Made by a program: the position numbers and the translations under genes. A stretch of DNA of 64,000 nucleotides from Nitrospirota bacterium (GTDB lineage: Bacteria > Nitrospirota > Thermodesulfovibrionia > Thermodesulfovibrionales > Dissulfurispiraceae), in contig CAWBMP010000005.1 of NCBI GenBank assembly GCA_963790025.1, positions 256,001-320,000 of the forward strand, written 5' to 3'. Of the stretch, positions 28,106-38,398 are shown piece after piece (the stretch's first letter is position 1; each line of letters opens with the position of its first letter). The notes beneath the pieces are model-generated. The model had not been told where the DNA came from. It ran no database searches and worked only from the letters and a program-made list of their open reading frames with translations.

Positions 28106-30556
28106 ATGACTGATAAAATAGATATTCCTGTAACCGGCATGACCTGTGCTGCCTGTGCCGCTGCTATAGAAAGGACCTTGCCTCGCATCAACGGTGTAAA
28201 AACAGCGGCTGTAAATTTTCCGGCCGAAAGGGCCACTGTTGAATTTACCGACCAAAAGGAACCCGTTCCTCTGCAGGTCATCATTGAAGCCATAAAGGGC
28301 GAAGGATATGGGGTTGCGTCGGTAAAAATGAATTTCGCAGTCAGGGGAATGACCTGTGCTGCATGCGTCGGAGCCGTTGAAAGCGCACTGAAGGCACTTT
28401 ACGGCGTTTTGAATGTTTCGGTAAACCTTGCGGCTGAAAAGGCTGCTGTTGAATATATACCTACTATCGTCGGGTTCGAGGAATTTAAACGTGTTGTCAA
28501 AGAAGCGGGATATGCTGCAGAACAGCTGACCGATGAGTTTGTCGACACTGAACGCGAGCGCAGGGAAAGGGAATACCTGACGCTGCGCAAGCAATTTATT
28601 ATCAGCGCTGCAATGACCGTACCTATTTTCATCGGCAATATGCTGTCTGTTCCATTGCTTTCAAGCTGGTATCTGCTCTTTGCTCTTGCAACGCCGGTCC
28701 AATTCTGGAGCGGCATGCGCTTCCACCGTGCGGCCTTGTCTGCCCTAAAACACGGCACGACAAATATGAATACACTTATCAGTGTCGGGACCAATGCCGC
28801 ATTTATTTACAGCTCAGTGGCAACCTTTGCACCGGGATTGTTTATTGCAGGAGGCGTAGCCCCACAGGTATATTTTGATACCTCCGCTGCCATAATAACG
28901 CTGATCCTTCTCGGCAGGCTGCTCGAAGCAAGGGCAAAAGGGAAGACCTCGGAGGCCATAAGGAAACTAATGGGACTTCAGGCAAAGACCGCTGCTGTTG
29001 TGCGTGACGGTGAGGAGGTCGAGATTTTGATCGAGGAACTGGCAGCCGGCGACATAGTGGTGGTCAGACCGGGTGGCAGGATACCGGTGGATGGGACAGT
29101 GGTAAGCGGCTATTCGACAGTTGATGAATCCATGCTTACCGGGGAAAGCCTGCCCGTAGATAAAATAGAGGGAGACAACGTATTCAGCGGTACAGTGAAC
29201 AAGGCAGGCAGTTTCAGGCTCCGGGCGCTGAAAATAGGCAAGGAGACGATGCTTGCGCAGATTATAAGGCTCGTGGAAGCTGCGCAGGGGAGCAAGGCGC
29301 CGATCCAGCGGCTCGCAGACAAGATTGCTTCGATCTTTGTCCCCGTTGTTATCAGCATCGCTGCCCTTACTTTCATAATATGGCTTATTGCGGGACCGGC
29401 CCCGTCATTTACGCTTGCCTTGATGAATTTCATAGCGGTGCTGATTATCGCGTGCCCCTGCTCGTTGGGACTTGCTACGCCTACGGCAATCATGGTCGGT
29501 ACAGGCAAAGGGGCTGAAAACGGCATACTGATAAGGGACGCCCAGGCATTGGAATTGTCCCATAAAATCGGGGTCGTTATAATGGATAAAACTGGTACTA
29601 TCACAAAAGGAGAGCCTGAAGTACTGGATATTGCTGCTGCGGTAGGCATGTCGCCTGATGCTGTCCTCAAGATTGCCGCAGCGGCGGAAAAACTGTCTGA
29701 ACATCCTCTCGGCAAGGCAATAGTAAAGAAGGCTGTTGAAAAGGGTTTGGTTATGGCCGCTCCCCTGGATTTTACGGCCTCGCCTGGTGGCGGCATAAGG
29801 GCAAAAGTCCTGGATGACGGAAGGGAAAAAGAGGTTTTTATCGGCAATGAGAGAATGCTCCGTAATGAGGGCATCGACTTAAGTCCTGTTATGGATATGG
29901 CCCGTCATACTGCATCCGGGGGCAGGACTCCGGTTTTCATTGCTGCTGATAAAAATGTGATTGGCGTTATCTCAATAGCCGATGCGATTAAGGAAGGGTC
30001 GTCAGATGCCATAAAGGATTTACAGTCTATGCGTATAGAGGTTATAATGATAACTGGCGATCATCTGGGCACGGCAGAAGCAATAGCAAAGGAAGTCGGG
30101 ATTAAAACATTCTTTGCCGATGTGCTGCCGGGGGAGAAAGTCGAAATCGTAAAGAGAATAAAGTCCGGTGGAAAAGTAACAGCTATGGTCGGAGACGGGA
30201 TTAATGATGCACCTGCGCTGGCTGAAGCCGATGTTGGTATTGCTATAGGCACCGGCACTGATATCGCAATCGAAGCCTCCGGTCTGACCCTGATTAAAGG
30301 GGACCTGAAAAGCGTAGCGGACGCCATAAGGTTGAGCAAACTTACCATCAGGACCATAAAGCAGAACCTTTTCTGGGCTTTTTTTTACAATGCCGTCGGC
30401 ATTCCAATTGCCGCAGGGGTGCTCTACCCGTTTGGAGGCCCGTTGCTTAATCCTATGTTTGCATCAGCAGCAATGGCGTTCAGTTCTGTTTCCGTAGTAA
30501 GCAACTCTTTGCGGCTGCGGGGAAAGAATCTGCAGAAAAGTTTTCCGGAGGACTGA
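28106..30556 (+). CDS. copA: Cu(I)-translocating P1B-type ATPase
   Basis: Two GMTCAAC metal-binding domains; [23 protein letters not shown] and MAFSS motifs. Confidence 0.95.
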   Translation: MTDKIDIPVTGMTCAACAAAIERTLPRINGVKTAAVNFPAERATVEFTDQKEPVPLQVIIEAIKGEGYGVASVKMNFAVRGMTCAACVGAVESALKALYGVLNVSVNLAAEKAAVEYIPTIVGFEEFKRVVKEAGYAAEQLTDEFVDTERERREREYLTLRKQFIISAAMTVPIFIGNMLSVPLLSSWYLLFALATPVQFWSGMRFHRAALSALKHGTTNMNTLISVGTNAAFIYSSVATFAPGLFIAGGVAPQVYFDTSAAIITLILLGRLLEARAKGKTSEAIRKLMGLQAKTAAVVRDGEEVEILIEELAAGDIVVVRPGGRIPVDGTVVSGYSTVDESMLTGESLPVDKIEGDNVFSGTVNKAGSFRLRALKIGKETMLAQIIRLVEAAQGSKAPIQRLADKIASIFVPVVISIAALTFIIWLIAGPAPSFTLALMNFIAVLIIACPCSLGLATPTAIMVGTGKGAENGILIRDAQALELSHKIGVVIMDKTGTITKGEPEVLDIAAAVGMSPDAVLKIAAAAEKLSEHPLGKAIVKKAVEKGLVMAAPLDFTASPGGGIRAKVLDDGREKEVFIGNERMLRNEGIDLSPVMDMARHTASGGRTPVFIAADKNVIGVISIADAIKEGSSDAIKDLQSMRIEVIMITGDHLGTAEAIAKEVGIKTFFADVLPGEKVEIVKRIKSGGKVTAMVGDGINDAPALAEADVGIAIGTGTDIAIEASGLTLIKGDLKSVADAIRLSKLTIRTIKQNLFWAFFYNAVGIPIAAGVLYPFGGPLLNPMFASAAMAFSSVSVVSNSLRLRGKNLQKSFPED

Positions 30557-31674
30557 TGCAGAGAAAAGTATATGTTGCTGATGATGTCTCTATAAATATA
30601 GAGCTTGTAGAGTCCGTTTTCAGAAATGATCCCGACCTTTTGATAAGAAAGGCCGAGAACGGACAGGAACTCATGGCATGTATTGAAAGCCACGGCTTTC
30701 CCGACCTCCTCATCCTCGATCTGATGATGCCGGTAATGGACGGCTTCGATGTGCTAAGGAATTTGAAGAAGGCGAGGGAGGCGAGATACTTTCCTGTTAT
30801 AGTCCTTTCCGCGCTGTCCGACAAGCAGAGCATTGTCAAGGCCCTGTCCATGGGGGCGGACGACTATGTTACCAAACCGTTCTTTGTCGAGGAACTAAAG
30901 GCGCGGGTCAGCAATATGCTGAAGCTGAAGGAGAGGGATGAATATTTAAATACGTCGCTTGATGTAATGGAATCAAATCTCATCGAGAAGTTGCAGATGC
31001 TCGAGAGCACCCAATTGGAAGTTATTATCAAATTGGGCACGGCTGCTGAATTCAGGGATGATGAGACCGGAAGGCATATTGAGCGTATTGCTGCTTACGT
31101 TGACTTAATAAGCGATAAAATGAGCGTGAACCGCGAACTGCGTATCATGATGCAATACGCCGCTCCCATGCATGATGTCGGCAAAATAGGCATTCCGGAC
31201 GCGGTGCTCATGAAGCCGGGGAAACTCACCAGCGAGGAATTTAACATAATAAAGCTCCATACGCTGATCGGCGGCAAAATTTTGAGCGGAACAAACCTTC
31301 CGCTGCTTGAACTTGCGAAGGAAATAGCCATTACCCATCACGAACGTTGGGACGGGTCCGGCTATCCTTTGGGTCTTAAAGGTAATGATATACCTGTATC
31401 GGGCAGGGTGGTTGCCGTCACGGATGTTTTTGACGCGATTACCTCGGAAAGGGTGTACAAATCAGCATGGCCTATTGAAAGGGCGCTGGAATATATAAAT
31501 GATATGAGGGGTAAACAGTTCGATCCCGATGTCATCGATGCCTTTTTTGCAATAGAGACTGAAATAATAGAGGTGAGAAAGGTAAAAAAAGATCTGCCTG
31601 TGGCCAAACCTATGATTCATCAAATTATAGATGGCGATATCAGTTTTGAACAACTGATTCAGCAATGGAGATAA
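30556..31674 (+). CDS. Response regulator with HD-GYP c-di-GMP phosphodiesterase domain (RpfG-like)
   Basis: Receiver (LDLMMP); ETGRH, HDVGK, HHERWDGSGYP. Confidence 0.93.
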   Translation: MQRKVYVADDVSINIELVESVFRNDPDLLIRKAENGQELMACIESHGFPDLLILDLMMPVMDGFDVLRNLKKAREARYFPVIVLSALSDKQSIVKALSMGADDYVTKPFFVEELKARVSNMLKLKERDEYLNTSLDVMESNLIEKLQMLESTQLEVIIKLGTAAEFRDDETGRHIERIAAYVDLISDKMSVNRELRIMMQYAAPMHDVGKIGIPDAVLMKPGKLTSEEFNIIKLHTLIGGKILSGTNLPLLELAKEIAITHHERWDGSGYPLGLKGNDIPVSGRVVAVTDVFDAITSERVYKSAWPIERALEYINDMRGKQFDPDVIDAFFAIETEIIEVRKVKKDLPVAKPMIHQIIDGDISFEQLIQQWR

Positions 31675-33387
31675 TTGACGTTGACCGTGAACTCTGAAGT
31701 TTTGGCTGTAAACGGAGAACGGTCAGCGACGGACCATGGTTCCCTCCTTGTCATCCCCCTGGGCGGCCTTGAAGAGATAGGCCTCAATATGACGGTTTTT
31801 CAATATGCCGGTGAACTTATAATTGTGGACGCCGGTCTTATGTTTCCGGAAGAGGACATGCTGGGTGTGGATTTCGTCATCCCTGATTTCTCATACGTTA
31901 TGGAGAACAGGGAGAAATTAAAGGGGATAGTCATTACCCATGGCCATGAAGACCACACCGGCGCCTTGCCTTTCCTGTTGAAGGAATTCAATGTACCCGT
32001 ATACGGGACTCCCCTTACACTTGCGCTCCTGAGAGAGAAACTGGTGGAGCATGGGCTGGATGACGTTACGCTCATATCGGTAAGGCCTAGAGACATTATC
32101 ACACTCGGCTGTTTTTCCGTGGAATTTATCCGGGTCACTCATAGCATAGTGGATGGTGTCGGCCTCGCGATAAAGACCCCTCTCGGCACCATTATCCATA
32201 CCGGGGATTTCAAGCTCGATCCCACACCTGTCGATGGGGAACTGATGGATTTTCTCAGGTTTTCAGAGTACGGCGAAAAGGGGACTCTGCTTTTGCTTTC
32301 GGACAGCACCAATGCGGAAAAGGGGGGCTTCACCTTTTCCGAAAAGGAAGTCAGCAGGGCCTTTGAGGACATTTTTTCGAAGGTGAAAGGCAGAATCATT
32401 ATCGCGACTTTTGCATCGAATATACATAGGATCCAGCAAGTGATAGATGTTGCGGTACAGCACGGCAGGCGGGTCATCATGTGCGGAAAAAGCATTGTCT
32501 CAAACGCACAGATAGCCCTTGATCTCGGCTATTTGAAGATGCCCGGAGATACATGGGTCAAGCTGGAAAATCTGAAGGACCTTGCCGACGAGGAGGTCGT
32601 TATCATTACTACCGGCAGCCAGGGCGAGCCTATGAGCGTGCTGTCGCGCATTGCCATGGATGAACACAAGCATATCAAGGTCAAGGATGGGGACACGGTT
32701 ATTTTATCGGCAAAGATGATCCCGGGCAACGAGCGCTCGATAGGCAAAATCATAAACCACCTCATGAGCAGGGGTGCGGACGTGAAGTATGAGAAGGTGT
32801 CGGAAATACATGTTTCGGGACACGCGTCAAAGGAAGAGCTTAAACTGATGATGAATCTGGTGCGGCCAAAGTATTTCATTCCCATTCACGGCGAATACCG
32901 TCACCTTAAATATCATGCCAGGCTGGCTGAAAAGTCGGCGATAGGAAAGGACAACACGTTTATACTCGGTGACGGCGATGTATTTGAAATTACGGAGGCG
33001 GGCGCCGCCAGGGCAGGGAAAGTGAACTCGGGGAGGATTTTTATCGACGGCAGAGGTGCAGCCGGCGTTGAAGACATAGTACTGAGAGACAGGAGGACGT
33101 TGGCCCACGACGGTATCGTCATTGTTCTTATAGGTATTGAGAAAACTACGAAGAAAATAGTATCGGGTCCCGAGATCATATCCAGGGGCTTCGTTTTCGA
33201 GGATGCTTCACAGGATATTATCAATGAAGTGAGGGATCTTATGGCCGAAACGCTTGCCGGCCTGCAGGATGACATTATTGCTGATATATCTTTGATACAG
33301 GCAAAACTTCGTTCGACGCTCAAGAAATATCTCAGAAACACCATGGATAGGCGACCGATGATCATGCCGGTCATAATGGAGGTATAA
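31675..33387 (+). CDS. rnj: Ribonuclease J
   Basis: PLGGLEEIGLN, THGHEDH, HTGDFK, GSQGEP, HVSGH; exact start uncertain. Confidence 0.95.
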   Translation: MTLTVNSEVLAVNGERSATDHGSLLVIPLGGLEEIGLNMTVFQYAGELIIVDAGLMFPEEDMLGVDFVIPDFSYVMENREKLKGIVITHGHEDHTGALPFLLKEFNVPVYGTPLTLALLREKLVEHGLDDVTLISVRPRDIITLGCFSVEFIRVTHSIVDGVGLAIKTPLGTIIHTGDFKLDPTPVDGELMDFLRFSEYGEKGTLLLLSDSTNAEKGGFTFSEKEVSRAFEDIFSKVKGRIIIATFASNIHRIQQVIDVAVQHGRRVIMCGKSIVSNAQIALDLGYLKMPGDTWVKLENLKDLADEEVVIITTGSQGEPMSVLSRIAMDEHKHIKVKDGDTVILSAKMIPGNERSIGKIINHLMSRGADVKYEKVSEIHVSGHASKEELKLMMNLVRPKYFIPIHGEYRHLKYHARLAEKSAIGKDNTFILGDGDVFEITEAGAARAGKVNSGRIFIDGRGAAGVEDIVLRDRRTLAHDGIVIVLIGIEKTTKKIVSGPEIISRGFVFEDASQDIINEVRDLMAETLAGLQDDIIADISLIQAKLRSTLKKYLRNTMDRRPMIMPVIMEV

Positions 33388-33390
33388 CTT

Positions 33391-35481
33391 CTGACGGAAA
33401 CTTCCTATCCAAAAGCAGCGTCGGCATCTCCCGACAGTATCAACAGGCGGCTGGAAGAGATCAAAGGAGTTGCTGCCGTTTTGGGCGGCCTTTACCTGGC
33501 CCTGGCCCTTTTCAGTTACAACAAATGGGAACGGTCGCTTTTCACTTTCTCGCAGACCCCGTCCGGAAACTACGGTGGCATCGCAGGCTCCTATATTTCT
33601 GATGCTGTAGTATCACTTCTGGGACTTGCAGGTTACCTGGTGCCGCTTTTACTGCTGGTCTACGGGTTAAGGAGGATACTGAGAAAAGAAAAGAGTATCC
33701 TGCATGCATTGGGCGTGGTCATTTTCTTCTTTTCCCTGTGTATGCTGGCGCAGCTATTGTCCGAGACCATCCGCCTTATCGTTGAGCCTGCCGGCGGACT
33801 GGTCGGGCTTTTTTCGGCAAACTTTTTTGAAGGGTTGCTCTCGCGAACCGGGACATATATATTGGGTAGCGCCCTTGTCATCATTGCGTTGGTCCTTCTG
33901 AGCCCAGTGTCCATTTTTTCATTCTTGAGAGGGGGGAAGAAAGACGAATTCCAGCGTAAGGGGCCTGCAGTTATTGTCCCGGAATCTCCGTTGTACCCCA
34001 TGGAGAATGAAGAAATACTTATAGAAAGAAAACCGCCTGCAAAAGCCCCACTGAAAGTAAGGACAGGCCTTGAAGTAAAGAGCGATAACGGCTATTCTCT
34101 CCCCTCGCTGGACTTTCTGAAAGAGGGCGAAGAAGTATCGGGACCCGGCAAGGATGAATTGAATACCATCGCGTCCGGTCTGGAACGAAAACTCGCGGAC
34201 TTCGGTGTAACTGGAAAGATAAAAGGGGCCCATCCCGGGCCGGTGGTCACGATGTATGAGTTCGAGCCGGCCGCCGGAGTCAAGATCAACAGAATCGTGT
34301 CCCTGTCCGAGGACCTGGCCCTTGCTCTCCGAGCGGCGAGCATACGCGTGTATCCCATTGCAGGCAAAGCTACCATTGGTATTGAAGTGCCGAACAGGCA
34401 AAGGGCAACGGTTGCCCTCAGGGAGATTATCGCTGCCGAAAACTTTCAGCACAGCACTTCTTTCCTGACACTCGCTCTCGGCAAGGACATTTTTGGTAAT
34501 CCTGTTGTGACCGATCTGGGAAAGATGCCGCATCTCATGGTTGCGGGAGCAACCGGCTCAGGCAAGAGCGTCTCCATCAATGCGATGATCATCAGTCTGC
34601 TGTATAAGGCGGCCCCCGAAGAGGTCAAGATGCTGATGATAGACCCGAAACTGCTGGAGCTTTCCGCCTATTCCGGTATTCCCCATCTGATATCGCCGGT
34701 GATAACCAGCCCGAAGGAGGCTTCTGAAGCCCTGAAGAAAATGGTATACGAGATGGAAAGGCGATACAGGCTTCTTGCTGAAAAGGGCGCGCGGAACATA
34801 GATGCATACAACCGGCATGCTTCCCAGGGCGAAAAAATGCCTTATATAGTAGTTTTTATAGACGAGCTGGCTGATTTGATGTTTACAGCGCAGGGCGATG
34901 TTGAGAATGCCATAACCCGGCTCGCCCAGATGGCGAGGGCGTCCGGCATCCATCTGATCCTTGCGACACAGCGGCCCTCTGTCGATGTCATTACCGGTCT
35001 GATCAAGGCAAACTTCCCGGCAAGGATATCGTTTCAGGTCACATCGAGAATTGATTCGAGGACTATCCTCGACAGTCAGGGAGCTGAGCAGCTGCTGGGC
35101 ATGGGAGATATGCTTCTTATGATCCCCGGCGTCAAGATTGTAAGAATTCATGGCGCCTATGTCAGCGAAACAGAGATCAAAACTGTAGCGGAATTCGTCA
35201 AGTCGCAGGGAACACCCGACTACACGTCCTTTGAAAATATTGTAGTGCCCGACTTGCAGGAGAAGGGAATTGATGGGACGGGCGAAAGGGACGAAATGTA
35301 TCAGAAGGTGCTCGGTTTTGCCGAGTCTGCCGGAGAGGTTTCTATATCATCAATACAACGGAGATTCAAAATAGGATATAACAGGGCGGCGAGTATCATG
35401 GAGCTTTTTGAAGAGGACGGCCTGGTCGGGCCGCCGAGAGGGGCTGGAAAACCGAGAGACTTTCTGGGGAGGAGAGGATAA
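33391..35481 (+). CDS. ftsK: DNA translocase FtsK (4TM N-terminus, motor, gamma domain)
   Basis: GPVVTMYE, AGATGSGKS, IDELAD, LATQRPS, IGYNRAA; reading frame stays open upstream of the tracked start to CTG 33391. Confidence 0.93.
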   Translation: MTETSYPKAASASPDSINRRLEEIKGVAAVLGGLYLALALFSYNKWERSLFTFSQTPSGNYGGIAGSYISDAVVSLLGLAGYLVPLLLLVYGLRRILRKEKSILHALGVVIFFFSLCMLAQLLSETIRLIVEPAGGLVGLFSANFFEGLLSRTGTYILGSALVIIALVLLSPVSIFSFLRGGKKDEFQRKGPAVIVPESPLYPMENEEILIERKPPAKAPLKVRTGLEVKSDNGYSLPSLDFLKEGEEVSGPGKDELNTIASGLERKLADFGVTGKIKGAHPGPVVTMYEFEPAAGVKINRIVSLSEDLALALRAASIRVYPIAGKATIGIEVPNRQRATVALREIIAAENFQHSTSFLTLALGKDIFGNPVVTDLGKMPHLMVAGATGSGKSVSINAMIISLLYKAAPEEVKMLMIDPKLLELSAYSGIPHLISPVITSPKEASEALKKMVYEMERRYRLLAEKGARNIDAYNRHASQGEKMPYIVVFIDELADLMFTAQGDVENAITRLAQMARASGIHLILATQRPSVDVITGLIKANFPARISFQVTSRIDSRTILDSQGAEQLLGMGDMLLMIPGVKIVRIHGAYVSETEIKTVAEFVKSQGTPDYTSFENIVVPDLQEKGIDGTGERDEMYQKVLGFAESAGEVSISSIQRRFKIGYNRAASIMELFEEDGLVGPPRGAGKPRDFLGRRG

Positions 35482-35678
35482 TGAAGGCAAAAGGCAACAA
35501 AAGGCAAAGGGCGAAGGGCGAAGGGCTAAAGGCAGAGGCAAGAACACAAAACAGAGAACAAGAGACAAAAAATAAAAATGGGAAGTCTGTTTTCTGTTGT
35601 TTTTCGTTTTTTGTTTTTAGTTTTTTGTTTTTAACCTTCAGTCTTTTGCCTTTAGCCATTTGCCCTTTGTCTTTTGCC
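35481..35678. repeat. Nested inverted heptamer arrays inside the lolA 5' end
   Basis: AAGGCAA/AGGGCGA-type then AAAACAA-type units, followed by TTTGTTT-type then TTTGCCT-type complementary units. Confidence 0.75.
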
Positions 35679-36227
35679 GGCGACGAGGTTGCGAGGATTC
35701 AAAAGGCCTACGAGAATATAAAAGACATTAAGGGGAATTTTGTCCAGAAAAGTTACATTAAGGATTTAAAGAGAACGGATACTTACAGCGGTCAATTTTT
35801 TATAAAGCCGCCTAAAATAAAATGGGAATTCAGGGGAGACAGGCCGCAGGCGATTTATATGAATGGTGAAGAGCTGCTTATTTATCAAAAGAAGGAAAAG
35901 CAGGTCTTCAAGACAAAATTCGATAAGGCCGCTTACGGCCAGATACCTATTGCGCTGCTTGGCGGTTTTGGTGATATCAATAAAGAATTTGATGCCTCCA
36001 TGAAAGCAGGGAAGTTGATACTTAAACCCAGAAAGAGGATGGGCACTATTGTCCGGATAGAGCTCACCTTGGCGGATGCGGTGTTTCCAATCGAAGCGCT
36101 TACCGTTCTGGACACGGCTTCTAATAGAATTGATATTACCCTGAAAGATGTCAAAATTAATACCGGGCTCGACGAAAGAACCTTCGAGTTCACGCCCCCT
36201 GAAGGCGTCGCTGTTATTCAACAGTGA
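35481..36227 (+). CDS. lolA: Outer-membrane lipoprotein carrier LolA-like protein
   Basis: ftsK-lolA synteny; FxQ, G+PPKxKW and FxFTPPxG features; long signal peptide ending LSFA. Confidence 0.85.
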   Translation: MKAKGNKRQRAKGEGLKAEARTQNREQETKNKNGKSVFCCFSFFVFSFLFLTFSLLPLAICPLSFAGDEVARIQKAYENIKDIKGNFVQKSYIKDLKRTDTYSGQFFIKPPKIKWEFRGDRPQAIYMNGEELLIYQKKEKQVFKTKFDKAAYGQIPIALLGGFGDINKEFDASMKAGKLILKPRKRMGTIVRIELTLADAVFPIEALTVLDTASNRIDITLKDVKINTGLDERTFEFTPPEGVAVIQQ

Positions 36228-36244
36228 AGTCGTGGAAGGGTAAT

Positions 36245-36277
36245 TGAAGGCGGCAAGGAGTGCCGATGCCGCCTTCA
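36245..36277. terminator. Hairpin between convergent genes, likely bidirectional terminator
   Basis: TGAAGGCGGCA...TGCCGCCTTCA, 11-bp stem. Confidence 0.65.
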
Positions 36278-36294
36278 TACCGTAAGAAATCGTC

Positions 36295-37137
36295 TCAGGA
36301 GCTGTAGTATCTGCCGTTGACTTCGTCAGCTATGATGGCAAAATTGGCCTTTGAGGTTTCAAGAGGATCGGATTTCCACGAAAAGCCAATAGAAGGCACC
36401 TCAACCTTGGCCTCAAGCTGAGCGATGGCCTTGAAGCCCTCCACACGACATTGTTTCTGCGGATCATTGAAAAATATCTTCTCGTTGGTGGCTTTCCAGA
36501 CTATCAGGATATCCATCACGGCAGGAGTTGCCGGCGCCATGAACTGGGGCCATTTGGGCTGGTCAATTATGCTTAACCCCTTCATCCGAAGGGTTGCTGT
36601 CCGCCCGTCATCGCTGAACGTTAGGCCCCCCTGTGGAACGGGCGCCACCCAGTAAAGGCCACACGGCCCGACCGGGGGGTGAAAATCATGGACCTGATTC
36701 GCGGGGTCCAACTGACCCTTAAAGAGGGTTAGTCATAAATGTGTAAAGGTCCCATTATGGGCTGTTCGCCCCGTGAAATATTCGCCCTGCATAAAAGAGT
36801 TATCGGTTGTTGGGTTTCCGAAGGCAAGCCGGTTCCCCTTGTTGTCTGTCCCCATGCCCGAAAAATCCGCGCAGCGGGCTATCTTACCTTTGAAATGGTA
36901 GATGTGCGATGGTTCCTTATCGAGGCCTGCCGGCTGATTGTGGCTGCCGTTCTTGTCGAGCCAGGGTATGGGAAAGGGGTACGTGCTATTGTCATAGACA
37001 AAAGGATTCGATTCGGCAGGATTGGCTTCGGCGTTAGCCAGTCCAGGGAGAGCAGAGGCCGCCGCAAGCGCCACCCCTGACGTTAGAAAGCGCCTTCTGC
37101 TGAAGCCACGATTAAATAATGGAATCTCCTCATTCAT
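36295..37137 (-). CDS. Tat-exported hypothetical protein; one reading frame interrupted by an in-frame TGA (36733-36735)
   Basis: SRRRFL twin-arginine signal; GAGGA RBS; ORFs 36733..37137 and 36295..36711 share a frame with 7 sense codons between them. Confidence 0.6.
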
Positions 37138-37302
37138 ATGTTTTCCTCCTTCTTGGATTTACACTCAAGAGGAGCGCTGAAAGCGCTCTTAATTACAATG
37201 TTAGCACCTGATTAGAAGGCGGTCAATCGAATGGCAACGTCGCACTGATACTCATCAGGGGCTATTTTGTTTTAAAAAGGAGCGGCTGAATAGCAGCTCA
37301 CA

Positions 37303-38163
37303 TCATTCGCCCACTTCAGGCACGACAGGCTTTCCCGAAAGCCAGTCGGTGATCGCGTTGACAGCCTTATCCTCGATACCAATATATCCGTGATGCGACA
37401 TCGCCTTGCACGGATCTACAATCATCTTCGTGTGCTTGCCGGAGACCTTGGGGCCGTCTTCGGGAGACGAGCCGCCGTAGACCTCGATGAAGTCAACTTT
37501 AGGACTCCCTTTCAAGCGCCTTTTCAGATCAAAGGCTTCCCCGATAGGTGTCGCTGAGCACCCGTCGTCGCGGTGATGCATTAAAAGTACGGGTATCGAT
37601 ATCTTCTCCAGAGGCAACCCTCCAACATACTGACCTCCCATGGTCGATGTCAGGACGACCCCTTTCAGCTCTTCATCTTTCAGAACAGTGGCAAGATACG
37701 CAACGGAAATAGTACCTCTGCTCGTCCCGACAAGATAAAAGTGATCAAGCTTCTTTTCCTTTAAGAATTCGATGATCTTTTTGATGTCCTGCGCGTGCTC
37801 GGGCGATCTTCGGAAATTATCGGACATGCCGTCTTCATGGTCCGAAGGCACATCTATGATCGCAACCGCGAATCCCTTCCGGACGAATACCGGAGATGTC
37901 CTAACCAGAAAGTTTGCGCCGAGAGTTATCTGTCCGTTATGTACTGAAAAATGTCCTTCTCCGTGGCTCCCGGGGAAAAGGAGAAGAGTCCCTTTCGATG
38001 CTGTGTCCGGTATATTAAGCAGAAACTGGATAGTCGCACCAGGCCGGGTTTCAATTTTTTGAATGCTCTGCTCAGCCTCGGCCTGATCTTTTACCATGAA
38101 TGCACTCGTGACTGCAAATGCCAGTAGGAATAGAAACCGCATGGTCGATTTATTTTTCTTCAT
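37303..38163 (-). CDS. Secreted alpha/beta hydrolase
   Basis: Signal peptide; GTSRG nucleophile elbow; HHRDD and HHGY. Confidence 0.8.
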   Translation of the reverse strand: MKKNKSTMRFLFLLAFAVTSAFMVKDQAEAEQSIQKIETRPGATIQFLLNIPDTASKGTLLLFPGSHGEGHFSVHNGQITLGANFLVRTSPVFVRKGFAVAIIDVPSDHEDGMSDNFRRSPEHAQDIKKIIEFLKEKKLDHFYLVGTSRGTISVAYLATVLKDEELKGVVLTSTMGGQYVGGLPLEKISIPVLLMHHRDDGCSATPIGEAFDLKRRLKGSPKVDFIEVYGGSSPEDGPKVSGKHTKMIVDPCKAMSHHGYIGIEDKAVNAITDWLSGKPVVPEVGE

Positions 38164-38398
38164 ACTTGTCACCCCGCCAAATTATTTCCCGGAACAATCA
38201 TTCCGGGCCATCTGTTCATTCAAATCGATTTGAGGTATATATATTTTTTCAAAACAATCAACCTGTCATAAAACAATGCGAGATTAAATATATCACATTC
38301 CTTACTATCCAGTTACCGGCTTTATTCTCTTTGGACAGCTGTCGCTTGACCTCTATCCGATAACTACACATATAATAAACATATTAAAGGGGACCCAT

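Noticed and set aside
27345..28594. Minus-strand ORFs of 215 and 201 aa
   Set aside because: Antisense to the PP2C phosphatase and copA, with no recognisable motifs.
30556..35481. HD-GYP regulator, rnj and ftsK share one frame, separated by single TAA codons (possible read-through polyprotein)
   Set aside because: TAA is an efficient stop, each protein is a complete known family, and each has its own SD-like sequence.
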